A stretch of 64,000 nt of DNA. It comes from Eledone cirrhosa (taxonomy: Eukaryota). The first letter of the stretch is position 1, and every line of letters starts with the position of its first letter. The position numbers and the translations under genes are program-made. The notes under the pieces are model-generated. The model did no database searches. It was not told where the DNA came from and saw only the letters and a program-made list of their open reading frames with translations. The stretch lies in assembly GCA_964016885.1 (NCBI GenBank), contig OZ024744.1, forward strand, positions 96,286,001 to 96,350,000, written 5' to 3'. This document shows, piece by piece, positions 15,274-30,499 of this stretch.

Positions 15274-15347
15274 TCACGGCACCTGTTTCAATAAGGGATA
15301 GATCGATCGTGTGGTCATGATCGATTATCACTGATCTCATCAGGTGA
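15274..15347 (-). ncRNA. Degenerate hammerhead motif
   Basis: Minus strand tcac-CTGATGA-hairpin(atcgatc/gatcgat)-GAAA-CAGGTG-CC-gtga; cleavage triplet reads GCC rather than GUC. Confidence 0.55.
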
Positions 15348-15698
15348 ATAATGAAATGTCTTCAATCTTTGATATGAGGGAGAAAAAAACTAACGATGTT
15401 CACTCACCAGAGTCTTTTATAGCTATTGAGTTATCTATATATGTGTATATATGTATATACAAATGTATATACATATATATAATCCTGGCCTATAACTTAG
15501 ATAATTTTGATGGGTTTCGGTCAGGATTATATATATGTATATACATTTGCATGTATGTATATATATATATATAACATTTTCTGCCGAATGAAATAGTTCT
15601 AGTCCTGTAGAGGCCATTTGTATATTAAATATATATATATTTAATATAGAACTGGCTTCTACAGTGCTAGAACTGTTTCATTCGGAAGAAAATTTTAT

Positions 15699-15800
<102 letters not shown>

Positions 15801-16107
15801 AAGAATGAATAATAACAGGTAGACATCATAAAAAGGTAATTTATTCTGTGTGCTTACAAATGTTTCCACGGTGGTTATAACACCCTAGTTATGCTATGTG
15901 CAAATTTATAACTATTTGCAAAACTCAATTATCAAATGCTGTGACCACTGTATCCTCAGAGCAGAATGGTTAAAATGTAAAATGTAAAGGATCAGGAACT
16001 GAGTTTCTTCAACTATTCTTCCATACCTCGTTGAGTAACCCATCACCGTACGTCAACTCTATCCAGTATAGTAATTAACCATTACTGCATCCAGGATAAT
16101 CCTATAC

Positions 16108-16153
<46 letters not shown>

Positions 16154-16155
<2 letters not shown>

Positions 16156-16356
16156 TTTTTTTTACAAAATGAAAAATAACCGAGGTGTCCTACACGAGTG
16201 AAAGTATAAAGAAAAAGAGATGAAATCGAAAATGCAACTGGAGTCTTATTTTCTTTAAAAATATATATATTTATTTGGTTCCTTTACCGGTTTCGCAGTT
16301 CTTCTGCTTTTCAAAAGGTGAGTTGAGATGGAGGGTCTGTGGTTTTTCTCACATCT
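16154..16356 (-). mobile_element. Family B HHR mini-element (HHR at 16281-16318)
   Basis: Reverse complement of about 17958-18165; flanked by (TA)n. Confidence 0.75.
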
Positions 16357-16639
16357 CATATATATATATAACATCTCATATATATATAACGAAGTCGAAA
16401 CGGCTTGAGCTCTGCCGTCGGGGTCATACTTTTTCCTATATATATATATTGTTATGCTTTGGGAGGGTCATGTTGCCAATAAGAAGCACAGGCACCAGTT
16501 GCTTTCACTCCAATTTATTATAAATTAAATTTATAAATTTAGAATTTATAAATTTCCGGTTGCTGGTTGGTTCCATAACCGGACGGTTGTTCATATATTG
16601 TCAAAGTTCTTTGATATATATATAGGGTAAAGAGTAAAG

Positions 16640-16927
16640 AGTCCCTTCGGTAAGGAATGGCCATGGGATTTGCACTTAGAAAGTTCCCCTCCGAGGCACA
16701 AGTCCGGGCAAGGTGGTTTGTGAAAGACCAGTAGTTGCCCATACATACCAGTCTCCCTTCTCCACGCCACCGATGTTGTTCAAGGGAAAGGCAATGGCTG
16801 ATACAGCTTGGCACCTGTGATGTCACAACTCATTTCTACAGCTGAGTGAACTGGAGTAACGTGAAATAAAGTGTCTTGCTCAAGAACACAACGCAACGTC
16901 CAGTCCGAGAATCGTCCTCACAACCTC
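16640..16927 (-). mobile_element. tRNA-derived SINE, family S2
   Basis: Reverse complement of the 51520-51795 body (cttgagcaagacactttatttcac..cagctgtagaaatgagttg). Confidence 0.75.
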
Positions 16928-17163
16928 ATATATATATATGTATATATATGCATCCCCCGCGCCTCTCTCTCTCTATATATATATATATACATGTATATAT
17001 GTATTTCTTATAGGAACGATCGACTTTCGTCAAATCGGACCGAGGAAACAATGTTTCCGTTGGTCTTTCCAATTGCTAATACTATCTATCGGTCGCAACT
17101 CCAGGTAGAAGGAGCAACGTGAAATAAAGTGTATTGATATATGTATACATGTATATATCTATA

Positions 17164-17234
<71 letters not shown>

Positions 17235-17276
17235 ATATATATATGCATATATACATATATATATATGCATATATAC

Positions 17277-17377
<101 letters not shown>

Positions 17378-17393
17378 TATATAAATATATATA

Positions 17394-17493
<100 letters not shown>

Positions 17494-17530
17494 CATGTAT
17501 ATATATATATTCATACATATATATATATAT

Positions 17531-17865
17531 AAAGAAAAAAAGATGAAATCGAAAATGCAACTGGAGTCTTATTTAAAAAAAATATATATATTTATTTGGT
17601 TCCTTTACCGGTTTCGCAGTTCTTCTGCTTTTCAAAAGTAGAGTTGAGATGGTGGGTAGTGGTTTTTCTCACAGACCCTCCATCTCAACTCTACTTTTGA
17701 AAATCAGAAGAACTGCGAAACCGGTAAAGGAACCAAATAAATATATATATATATTTAAATAAGACTCCAGTTGCATTTTCGATTTCATCTTTTTTTCTTT
17801 ATACTTTCACTCGTGTAGGACATGTCGGTTATTTTTCATTTTGTAAAAAAACCTCACATTCTAAA
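17531..17865 (+). mobile_element. Family B fold-back element with two opposed HHRs (17602-17638 minus, 17694-17730 plus)
   Basis: Inverted arms about 17531-17652 and 17680-17801, then tail to (TA)n. Confidence 0.8.
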
Positions 17866-17995
17866 ATATATATATATATATATATATAGAGTCTTTTACA
17901 ATTAATTAGCTCAAAGAAAGGAATATTTCTGAGCCGTGTAAGAATGTGAGAAAAACCAGATGTGAGAAAAACCACAGACCCTCCATCTCAACTCA

Positions 17996-18033
17996 CCTTT
18001 TGAAAAGCAGAAGAACTGCGAAACCGGTAAAGG
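17996..18033 (+). ncRNA. Minimal hammerhead with U3-A8 core swap (family B)
   Basis: cctt-TTGAAAA-gcag-aagaa-ctgc-GAAA-CCGG-TA-aagg; ACCGGT palindromic stem III; same core in four copies. Confidence 0.8.
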
Positions 18034-18183
18034 AACCAAATAAATATATATATTTAAAAAAAAAAAATAAGACTCCAGTTGCATTTTCGATTTCATCTCT
18101 TTTTCTTTATACTTTCACTCGTGTAGGACACCTCGGTTATTTTTCATTTTGTAAAAAAAACCTCACTTTCTAATATATATATT

Positions 18184-18600
18184 AAACGGAATAGAAAATG
18201 CTGACAAATTGTTCACAGTGAAAAATAGTTTAATTAGGAATAAGTGATAATTAGTAATAGTATTGGTTAGTATTAAGTTTTGGTTTTAAGTCTTACCGGT
18301 TGCGCCTTTCTAATGCTTTTCAAAAATAATTTTGAGATAGAGCGTCCGTGATGTTTGCTCTGATCTGATTAGTTTTGGGAATTCTACCTGTTTTTATGTT
18401 AAAAAAGTGGCTCCAGCGGTATTAAAATAAGTTTTGCGCCAATTCGTGTTGCAAAAATTCTTGTGGTCAAAACAATTTTGATTGGTCGGTAGAGGTCATG
18501 TGAATTTATTCCTAATTAAACTATTTTTCACTGTGAACAATTTGTCAGCATTTTCTATTCCGTTTACCAATATATCATAACTTGTGTGTTACACCTCTAT

Positions 18601-18605
<5 letters not shown>
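18184..18605 (+). mobile_element. Fold-back element with about 60-bp inverted arms, a diverged family-B-like HHR and a tail
   Basis: 18184-18243 is the reverse complement of 18506-18565; 18292-18325 resembles the family B HHR; (TA)n on both sides. Confidence 0.65.
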
Positions 18606-18670
<65 letters not shown>

Positions 18671-18673
<3 letters not shown>

Positions 18674-19576
18674 TTTAGCGAGGTTTTTATATGAAATCGT
18701 GTGTCGAAACAAATATTGTTATACTTGGGGAGGGTCATATTTGTGTAATATTGCCAGAATTAATAACAGAACACACTCACTGTTTGGTTGGTTTTCGCTT
18801 CTCGCTGTCTTTTATATCTGCGATCTAACTTAATCGGTCATCAATGTTGCCATTGACTGACCGACGGTCAAAAATAATACAGATACAATATAGACACAAA
18901 CACATATATATAGTTTACATAATTTACATAAATCTTTCGTTGCACATCTGCAACATCGTCAGTGGTGTGATATTTTTTCCTCCTGTTGTGTTGTATGTCT
19001 ACGCCATTTTTTATTCAGTCTGTCTATATATTTATTTATTTATTTGCTTGTTTGTTTATTTTATTTTGTCTTCTTTGCGCATGCGTTTGCGCGTGTGTAT
19101 AGTGTTATGTTTGCTGTGTGACTAGTGTGTATAGTGTTGTGTCTGCTGGGTGACTAGTGTGTGTTTATGTGCTTGTTGTTATTGTGCTTGTGTATGTATT
19201 TATTTATCTTATTTTATTTTATTCTATTTACTTATTTATACTTCTCTTAGGTCAGTGTTGTTTGTTTGGGTGTTGTTGTTGTTCCACTCATTCTTTCTGT
19301 TTAGCTTTGGTCTTCTAATTTCTATTTCACTGGCCTCTCTGATTTGCCTATCTACTGGGTCATTCCTATGTTTAGATATTATTCTAATTTCTATGTTGTC
19401 TATGTTACCGTCATGTTGTTGTCTAGCATGTTCGTATAGTACTGACCCGTTTTTTCGTCCTTTTAGTTCCCCCCAGTGTTGGTCTATCCTTTCACCTATG
19501 CTACGAGCTGTTTCGCCTATGTATGTTGTTGTCATGTTTCTGGCAATATTACACAAATATGACCCTCCCCAAGTAT

Positions 19577-19584
<8 letters not shown>
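18671..19584 (-). mobile_element. 5'-truncated Penelope-like element with GIY-YIG C-terminus and a short inverted 5' copy of its own 3' end
   Basis: ORF 19236-19556 has TYIGETARSIGERIDQH..EH..REASEIE..KLN; 18712-18759 is inverted at 19538-19584; partial HHR core CTGACGA-hairpin-GAAA at about 18935-18962 minus; (TA)n on both sides. Confidence 0.8.
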
Positions 19585-20864
<1,280 letters not shown>

Positions 20865-20933
20865 GAGTTATAAATTCAAATGGTCTTTTACAATTAATTA
20901 GCTCAAAGAAAGGAATATTTCTGAGCCGTGTAA

Positions 20934-21363
20934 TACAAATGAATATATGATAGGGATAAACACTGATACAAGTATACATGTGTTCGTATTGCAAATGACC
21001 AAGTTAGCTAGATTGAAAAATACTAATTAAAATAATAATTAAAATAATACAGTTTGCCTGTCTCGATTTAAAATAATAAATCAATAAAAACAAATCTATA
21101 TTGGCAAAAGCCGTGATACCTGGACAAATTTAAATTTCAAACTTCAAATTTGAAGTTTGAAATTTAAATTTGTCCAGGTATCACGGCTTTTGCTAATATA
21201 GATTTGTTTTTATTGATTTATTATTTTAAATCGAGACAGGCAAACTGTATTATTTTAATTATTATTTTAATTAGTATTTTTCAATCTAGCTAACTTGGTC
21301 ATTTGCAATACGAACACATGTATACTTGTATCAGTGTTTATCCCTTTCATATATTCATTTGTA
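20934..21363. repeat. Near-perfect 430-bp palindrome with no loop, plus one-sided tail (20865-20933)
   Basis: 215-bp arms centred between 21148 and 21149 (ttcaaa|tttgaa), at least two mismatches; part of the tail recurs at 17890-17941. Confidence 0.9.
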
Positions 21364-21989
21364 TATATATATATGTATATATATATATAATATTATAAAG
21401 CTGAGTGTCGTGTGTATTATGTATGTATGTATTTATGTATCCTACACACCTCTCTATAGTTTGTTAGCCGCACTCTCTCCGTCGCTCTTTCCTCTCTCTA
21501 TAATAGATCATTCCCCTTCTCTATAATTTAACTGCTTTACTCTCTCTGTCGCTCTTCACTCTCAAATATTAAAAAGCTGAGCGTCTTCTCTCTCTCCCCC
21601 TCTCTCTCTCTTTCATCCTCTCTATAATTTGACTGCATTACTCTCTCTCTCTTCACTCTCTATATGACAACACTCTTTTACTTTCCATAGGGTCGTATGT
21701 ATGTTTATTTCGCCAATTGCCGGATAACATCAAAACAAAACACACAGACACACATATGCACATACACACATACACAAACACAGATACACATACACAAACT
21801 CGCACACACACATATATATACTTATAAAGCTGACGGTCGTATGTATGTATGTATGTATGTATGTATGTATGTATGTATGTATGTATGTATGTATGTATGT
21901 ATGTATGTATGTATGTATGCATGCATGTATGTATGTATGTATGTATGTATGTATGTATGTATGTATGTATGTATGTATGTATAGATGTA

Positions 21990-22485
21990 TGTCAGGTCAC
22001 CAGTTGGTGCTACTGGTAACATGTATCCCAGTACAACCTGTCTCATGGTCGGGTCGTTGGCGACTAAACTGGCAACCCCACCAAGGTTTCTTGGTGAGGA
22101 GGGTGACTTTGGACATCCTGCAGGACTAAAAACAAAACCTGTCAAAGGACAAAGGAGCTCTTAAGAGTCAATGGCCATCCAAAATCATCGGGAGAGATGA
22201 CCCCTTAGCCTTTGTCAAGGCAGAATTCTAGGAGAAGGAGAACTCTGATATAACACCTGCAACCCTGATGGTATCCAATGATGTTGACTTGTTCTTCTTT
22301 TTGGTAAATATCATCTTGGTTAAGAGAGTAGGACTGGCTTTGTGCAGTGCCTTTGCTCACTATAAAAGCTTCACGACACAGGCATTGCTTTATATCTGGA
22401 GTTCTCTCTGCACTTGTCGTGACATGGTACCATGGGCCCAGCACTATGTGTCAATAATTGTCACAAATGTAGTATTTGTACCAGA
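21990..22485 (+). mobile_element. Family R RTE-derived element running into the assembly gap
   Basis: Reverse complement of about 56125-56616; preceded by (TATG)n. Confidence 0.8.
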
Positions 22486-22685
22486 NNNNNNNNNNNNNNN
22501 NNNNNNNNNNNNNNNNNNNNNNNNNNNNNNNNNNNNNNNNNNNNNNNNNNNNNNNNNNNNNNNNNNNNNNNNNNNNNNNNNNNNNNNNNNNNNNNNNNNN
22601 NNNNNNNNNNNNNNNNNNNNNNNNNNNNNNNNNNNNNNNNNNNNNNNNNNNNNNNNNNNNNNNNNNNNNNNNNNNNNNNNNNNNN
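22486..22685. other. Assembly gap (200 N)
   Basis: Run of n. Confidence 1.
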
Positions 22686-22733
<48 letters not shown>

Positions 22734-22842
22734 GGAAGGACAATGTGACACGGGAGGGTTGTGTGGTATCTTTGCAGTGGAGTGGTGGGGGCAGGTATAC
22801 CTAGCCGAGCGCCAGCCGGACGGGCCACTAGTATATATATAT

Positions 22843-22876
<34 letters not shown>

Positions 22877-22880
<4 letters not shown>

Positions 22881-23237
22881 CGATAGTAAACAAATAGAAA
22901 CTATATTTATAAAACCATATTTATTTCATTATACATATTTCAGGGATACCATATTAAAAATATGGCATGCCTTCGTCAGATAAAATACAATATATAAACT
23001 GTTTTATAAATAATTTTGACGTACTTATAAAACAGTTTATATATTGTATTTTATCTGACGAAGGCATGACATATTTTTAATATGGTATCCCTGAAATATA
23101 TATAATGAAATAAATATGGTTTTATAAATATAGTTTCCATTTGTTTACTATCGTATATCTACTCCCAAAACTTGTCGAGTGCTTTATATCAGTTATAAAA
23201 TATTTACTTGTAACCCAACAATTTTAAATAAAACGTT

Positions 23238-23240
<3 letters not shown>
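22877..23240 (+). mobile_element. Fold-back element, family G, with two opposed HHRs (22924-22985 minus, 23049-23110 plus) and tail
   Basis: Arms about 22877-23009 and 23025-23157; ttttat-CTGACGA-agg..cct-GAAA-TATATA-TA-atgaaa; (TA)n on both sides. Confidence 0.85.
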
Positions 23241-23309
<69 letters not shown>

Positions 23310-23747
23310 ATATATCAGCCTTCCACACATCTTTCACTCACAATTCATTGGTCAACTCGCGGCTGTTTCAGAAGACATTTGCTTGACCAAGATGCCGGGA
23401 CAGAAATCCGAAATCACGTTGTATAACTATAATTCTGAAAAACAAAAAAAAATAAAACAAAAACAAAAACAAAAGAAAAACACAAAAAAAAACAAAATAT
23501 AAATCACACACATACACACACACGCATACAGACACACACACCACACACATACACACACATACATACACACACATACACAACACAGGCACACATACACACA
23601 TACACACATACACTGATGCACAGGCACACACACACCACACACATACACACACACAGGCACACAGGCACACCACACACAGCGACACACACATACTCACGCA
23701 GGTACATGTACACATGTACACACTTACACAGACACACATGCACACAT

Positions 23748-23816
<69 letters not shown>

Positions 23817-24660
23817 CGACAGACACACATACACACACACATAGACGCACTAACACACACACACACAGGCATACAGGCACACACACACACACGCACACAT
23901 GCACACATACACAGACACACAGGAACACATACACACATACAGCGATACAGACACACATACAGCGACACAGACACACACAGGCACACAGACACACACATAC
24001 ACATCGAAACACAGATACACAAACACACACACAGACCACCAACATATACAGACACAGCAACACACACACACACAGACACACACACACACAGACACTCACA
24101 CCCCCACACACACAAACACACACACCCAAACACACACAGACACTCACACCCCCACACACACAAACACACACACACACGCACACACAGACACTCACACCCC
24201 CTCACACACAAACACACACACCCTAACACACACAGACAGACACACACACACACACATATACACACTATCTGATACGTACACACCCTTTTCTACAGACGAA
24301 TATACAGGCAACTCTAGCGGATAGGTGATAACTACATTTATTGAACATATATTTTCAGTGAAACCAAATGATTTTATAAGTCTCTTCGACATTTCTGTTT
24401 TTCAATGCCGCATTTTCATTTTCTTTTATTTCTTGGTTCTTTCTTATGTTTCAATTCTCTTTTATTTATGTATTTATTTACTTATTTTATTCATTTTATT
24501 TATTTATTTATTTTATTTTATTTTATTTTAATTTATTTATTCATTTATTTATTTAAATTATTTATTTATTTATTCACATTACCTTTTTTCCGGAAAGATT
24601 CGCTTTTATTATTTATTATTTATTTTTTTGTTTTACTGTTTTGTTTTGTTTTACTCCAAT

Positions 24661-24760
<100 letters not shown>

Positions 24761-25434
24761 TAATAATAATAATAACAATAATAATAATAATTATATTCCC
24801 ATTGTTTTTTTCTTCTTTTTTTCTCTTTCCAGCTTTGGTTGGTTTCAGTAATACAACTTGTTTTACAAGTTATGTTTTCGCGAGGTTCGTGTTTAATAAA
24901 ATTAAAATTTTCATTTTATAATTTTTTTTTTTAATATATTATATATATATATATTTTTTTTTTGAAATATTTTTAAACATTAAAAAAAAACAACGTATTG
25001 TAAATGAGAAAAACAAACAAACAAAGAAACATAAAACAAAAAAAAAAAACGTCCAGAAGAAGAACTTTTTGTTTTTGTTTTTTTTTTCAACATTAAATTA
25101 AATTAAATTAAATTAAATTAAATTAAATATCAATAATGCAATTATTTGCATAACTGTAATATATTTATCTCATTCTGAAAAAAAAAAATTAACAACAATA
25201 ACAGCAATAATAACAATAACAATAATAACAACAGCAATAACAAAAATAAAACCCAACAAACAAACATAACATAACATAACATAACTACAGATGTGAACTA
25301 ATACCTCTTTTTAGTTCATTCATTTCTGTACTGGAATACAATGAATTGGATTTACACAAATATAGATAATAAGTACGGTGTGTATAAATTCAACAAAGTA
25401 CACACGCGGAATGTTATAAAACCTGAGTCTTTAT

Positions 25435-25467
<33 letters not shown>

Positions 25468-25686
25468 GTATGTATATATATATTATATATATATTATATA
25501 TATATATATATGTATGTATATATATTTATGTATGTATGTATGTATGTATGTATGTATGTATGTATGTATGTATGTATGTATGTATGTATGTATGTATATA
25601 TATATGTATGTATGTTTGTGTATATGTATATATATATGTATGTATGTTTGTGTATATATATATATGTATATGTATGTATGTATATA

Positions 25687-25719
<33 letters not shown>

Positions 25720-25803
25720 AATGTATATATATATATTTACATATATAACTTAGATAATTTTGATGGGTTTCGGCCAGGATTATAGATATGTATATACATA
25801 TGA

Positions 25804-25909
<106 letters not shown>

Positions 25910-26001
25910 GTAAATGTATATGTATATATTTACTTATATATATATATATATGTATGTATACATACACATATATATCTATACATATGTATATATAATAGTA
26001 A

Positions 26002-26038
<37 letters not shown>

Positions 26039-26107
26039 CACACTCTGCTCTGTAAGAACATAGAGTGCTCAACCGGCATACCGCCTATGGAAGCATCATA
26101 GCTACCA

Positions 26108-26202
<95 letters not shown>

Positions 26203-26335
26203 CATATATATATAAATGTATATCTATATTTACATATATAACTTAGATAATTTTGATGGGTTTCGGCCAGTATTATATATATATATATATATATATAACA
26301 ATATAACAGTGAATATATATGTATATATATATAAT

Positions 26336-26408
<73 letters not shown>

Positions 26409-26567
26409 GTTCACACACAAATATGCCCACATACATGCAGAGACACTCACTATACACACATTTACTGACATAGACGAATACATATATATATATATATATA
26501 CATATTTACATACTCACACACATACTTACATACACATACACATACACATATTCCCGCACGCGCGCGC

Positions 26568-26605
<38 letters not shown>

Positions 26606-27990
26606 GTGTATATATATACATGCGTGTCGTGTATGTATGTGTATATATATATATGTTTATGTGTGTGTGCATGCGCGTGTGTGTATCTTTATCAAGAGGA
26701 TAATATATTAGAATAGAACGTGCAGAGTTAGTTCATTCATCTGTTATTTGATATTTTTTTTTTTTTATATATAACTTATTATGTTATTCTTTTAAAGGTG
26801 GTAAAGTTGTTGAGAAATGTGTATGTGATTATCTTGCGTTTATGCAAATGAAGAAGGCATCGGGTGGAGAAAAAAGACAGATTTGGGACGGTAATCAGTC
26901 AGAAAATTAAGAAAGTGAGGGTAGATGTGTAATCATAGATAGAATTGTAAAGACCCCCTACAGGCAATGGTGCTATCGATAACAACGATATCAGTATATG
27001 GGATCAGTGTTTAAGATCTTCAAGAGAGTAAGTAAGGAAGTAAAGAAGGAGAAGTTGAGTTTTTTTTCTAAAATACTATTTACTAGTATAATCGTTAAAT
27101 TATTGTAGAATGCTTTGATTTCACCATCGAGCTCAATAATACGTGTTTGCTGTGTGCAAAGTAAAAAAAAAAAAAGAAAAAAGAAGAAATCTTTTAAAAT
27201 TCTGTTTTATATTTTCTCTGTGCATGAATGTATATATATGTGCATTTGTAAATATGTGTGCATGTACGGGTGCATGCATGCTTGCTTGCAATGTAATTTC
27301 TTATATGAGACGTCGACAGGGCCAAGATGGTGTACAAGTTTAGTAATCCAGTGTTTCAATGATCTGCCCATTAAAAAGAAAATTGATACGGTTTCTACTG
27401 CCGATGCCTATATCTTATATATTATTATTTCTAATTAATTCTTAAATTTTAATACTTGGAAAATTTCTCCAATTCTTTACAGGGAATATTCAAATGTTCT
27501 GAATTTATGATATTCCCAAATGTGATTTTAAAAACTCTGCTGGTCTTTTGAAACGATTTTAGATTATTTTAACGTACACTGGCAAACTGGCACAATGTAT
27601 TTTTTCAGATAAAATTCATCATGGTCGTTCGGTTTTCATTGTAAAATTTACGATATCATATTTTTCAGTGCACATATCAGCTGTTGCAAATACCAGACGA
27701 TGCAGTTGATTATTTCTTATCGCTGTTGATCAACAATATTTAAAAAAAAAAAATTTAATAGTTCCTCGTTTGTGTGGTTTAGCTTCAGATCAATGCTGTT
27801 TGTCTCTTTCGTTTTTTTCATTTTTGTTTCCCAATGTCAGATTTTTGTTGTTTACTTTGAGAAGTAATTTTACTGATATTTTAATCGACTGTTTTGAGTA
27901 AGACAGAAACGTCAGGGCGCTAGAAATGACTGTGATATTACAATCTCATGTAAATGTATACTTTTATACACACAGCTTCATTCATTTTAA

Positions 27991-28375
27991 GTTCCAAGCT
28001 TAAAACCCACCGACTGAAATTTTGCCCTTTATTCATTCAAGCTCGAATTAAATGCACAGTGTTGTACATTTTCGTTCTTTTCTGTTCTAAGTTTAAAACC
28101 CACCGAGTGAAATTTTGCCCTTTATTCATTCAAGCTCGAACTAAATGCACAGTGTTGTACATTTTCGTTCTTTTCTGTTCTAAGTTTAGAACCCACCGAG
28201 TGAAATTTTGCCCTTTATTCATTCAAGCTCGAACTAAATGCACAGTGTTGTACATTTTCGTTCTTTTCTGTTCCAAGCTTAAAACTCACCGGATCAAATT
28301 TCGCCCTTTATTCATTCAAGCTCGAACTAAATGCACAGTGTTGTACATGTTCCAAGTTTAAAACCCACCGGGTAA
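27991..28375. repeat. 93-bp minisatellite, about 4 copies
   Basis: aaaaccc-like anchor recurs at 28002, 28095, 28188 and 28281, then at 28360 after a deletion. Confidence 0.9.
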
Positions 28376-28810
28376 AATGTTTTTCTTTCATTCGCCCTGG
28401 CTCGATAAAATAAGATGAAACAATTTACTGGAGTCGACTCTCTCGTCTATCCACCAGCCGCCGCTACAAAAATTAGCCCAGTTTTTATTTTGTGTGGAGT
28501 GAAAAGGAATTAATATTCTACCAAACTTTATTTCATCATCTATCATCGTCATTCATCATCAGCCTTTTAATTATAATCGTTTTCATCGTCGTCGTTATAT
28601 TTGATGTTTAGTGCGTTAAAATTATTATAATTATTATTAAGTTATTATTAAGTTATTATTTTCAATATATTTCTCATTCATTTTCAGCTGTATTCATTTT
28701 AGCCAGATTTTCTGTCACATTTTATTTTTTGGGAATATTGAATCCGTAACTGTTGTTATTATGTTCGTGCTTCTGTATGCAGTTATCTTTATATATATAT
28801 TTATATACAT

Positions 28811-28878
<68 letters not shown>

Positions 28879-28887
28879 TATATATAT

Positions 28888-29249
28888 GTAGAGGTTATAT
28901 TTAATTTGTTGGGATACAACAAGCAAAATATTTTTATAACTGATATAAAGCACTCAATAAATTATTGGAGTAAATATACAATATATTAACAAATGGAAAC
29001 TATATTTATAAAACCATATTTATTTCACTATACATATTTCAAGGGCCACCAAAGAAGATTATGCTCCTAGGAGACGCCAACCGTGAAGGTTGCATTTTTT
29101 CAGGGTATGTCAATATTTATTTATAAAACTAATCTATATTATATTTTATCTGATGAAAGCGCACCATAATCTGCTTTGGCGGCCCTTGAAATATGTATAG
29201 TGAAATAAATATGGTTTTATAAATATAGTTTCCATTTGTTAATATATTG

Positions 29250-29250
<1 letters not shown>
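28888..29250. mobile_element. Fold-back element, family G relative, with HHR at 29144-29205 (plus)
   Basis: Arms about 28977-29063 and 29166-29251; ttttat-CTGATGA-aag..ctt-GAAA-TATGTA-TA-gtgaaa; left tail resembles the reverse complement of 23160-23240. Confidence 0.8.
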
Positions 29251-29322
<72 letters not shown>

Positions 29323-29627
29323 ATACATACACACACATACATATATACATACACACGCACACACATACATATATATGTATATATATATGTATGCATATAA
29401 GTGTATATATATATATATATGTGTATATATATATATGTATGTATACAAATGTATATATATATGTATATACATATATATATATGTATATATATGTATATAA
29501 GTGTATATATATATATATATATATACGTGTATGTATATAAATATATATATATGTATATACATATATATATATATATTATATATATGTATATATATGTATA
29601 TATATGTATATATATATGTATATATAC

Positions 29628-29721
<94 letters not shown>

Positions 29722-30499
29722 TCATTATAATTGTGTATATATATATTTATTCATTATAATTGTTTTGCCAACACAATTGTTGTCGTGCGTAGGATGGATC
29801 CGACCATCGGCCGAATCCATTGAGAGACTGATCATCCAATCGTCTTCTTTTGGCTTTTGGTTGTAAAGAACGAACAGTTATTTCCTCTGGTCGGTGATTA
29901 TGGCGAAAGAGGAAAGAGTTCGTGGAGTGGTCGCGGCCGAAAATACACAGAGGCCAGACACTTTCGTATTCGGCCAAGCCTTCATTGAGTTTTTCAGTTT
30001 TTTCAAGTTCCATTTGATGAGGAAGCTGAGGTGGAGATGGATGTTCAAATTATTTTAAGAGGTCGGTTTGTGTGAATGGCGAGAAATTGCCCGGCACAAT
30101 GGGATGGATTTGTAGATTGGGCAATATAGCTGAGAAAGGGCAGTTACCTTTGCTAGGCAGGGTAACCCTAGATCTGTCTGTGATTTCCTTTATTGGCCGA
30201 GAGTGACAGTTCTTTGTTTGAGATATTTATTACCATTTTTGGTAAACGGTGTATGGCATCACATTTAATTTAATTTAATTTCAATGTAAATCTCCATACT
30301 TTTTCGTAACTTGTCCGTGTAATGTCCTTTCATCTGCCGCCATCGTGGTGCATTATTATAATAATTGTTATTTCATTTATCTTGCTTTATGTTCATACGA
30401 GTTATCACCAAGTCACAACCAGTGACCTCAAGAAACAACAAGGTCCGCCATGTTCAAGAAAGAACACACATACACACACATGTATCTTTAGGTGTTTAG

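Noticed and set aside
22268-22854. ORFs spanning X runs
   Set aside because: Artefacts of the 200-N gap
27954-28361. 135-aa ORF with 31-aa repeats, or a CRISPR-like array
   Set aside because: A 93-bp tandem repeat without unique spacers; eukaryotic context with no cas genes; frame stays open because the unit length is divisible by 3
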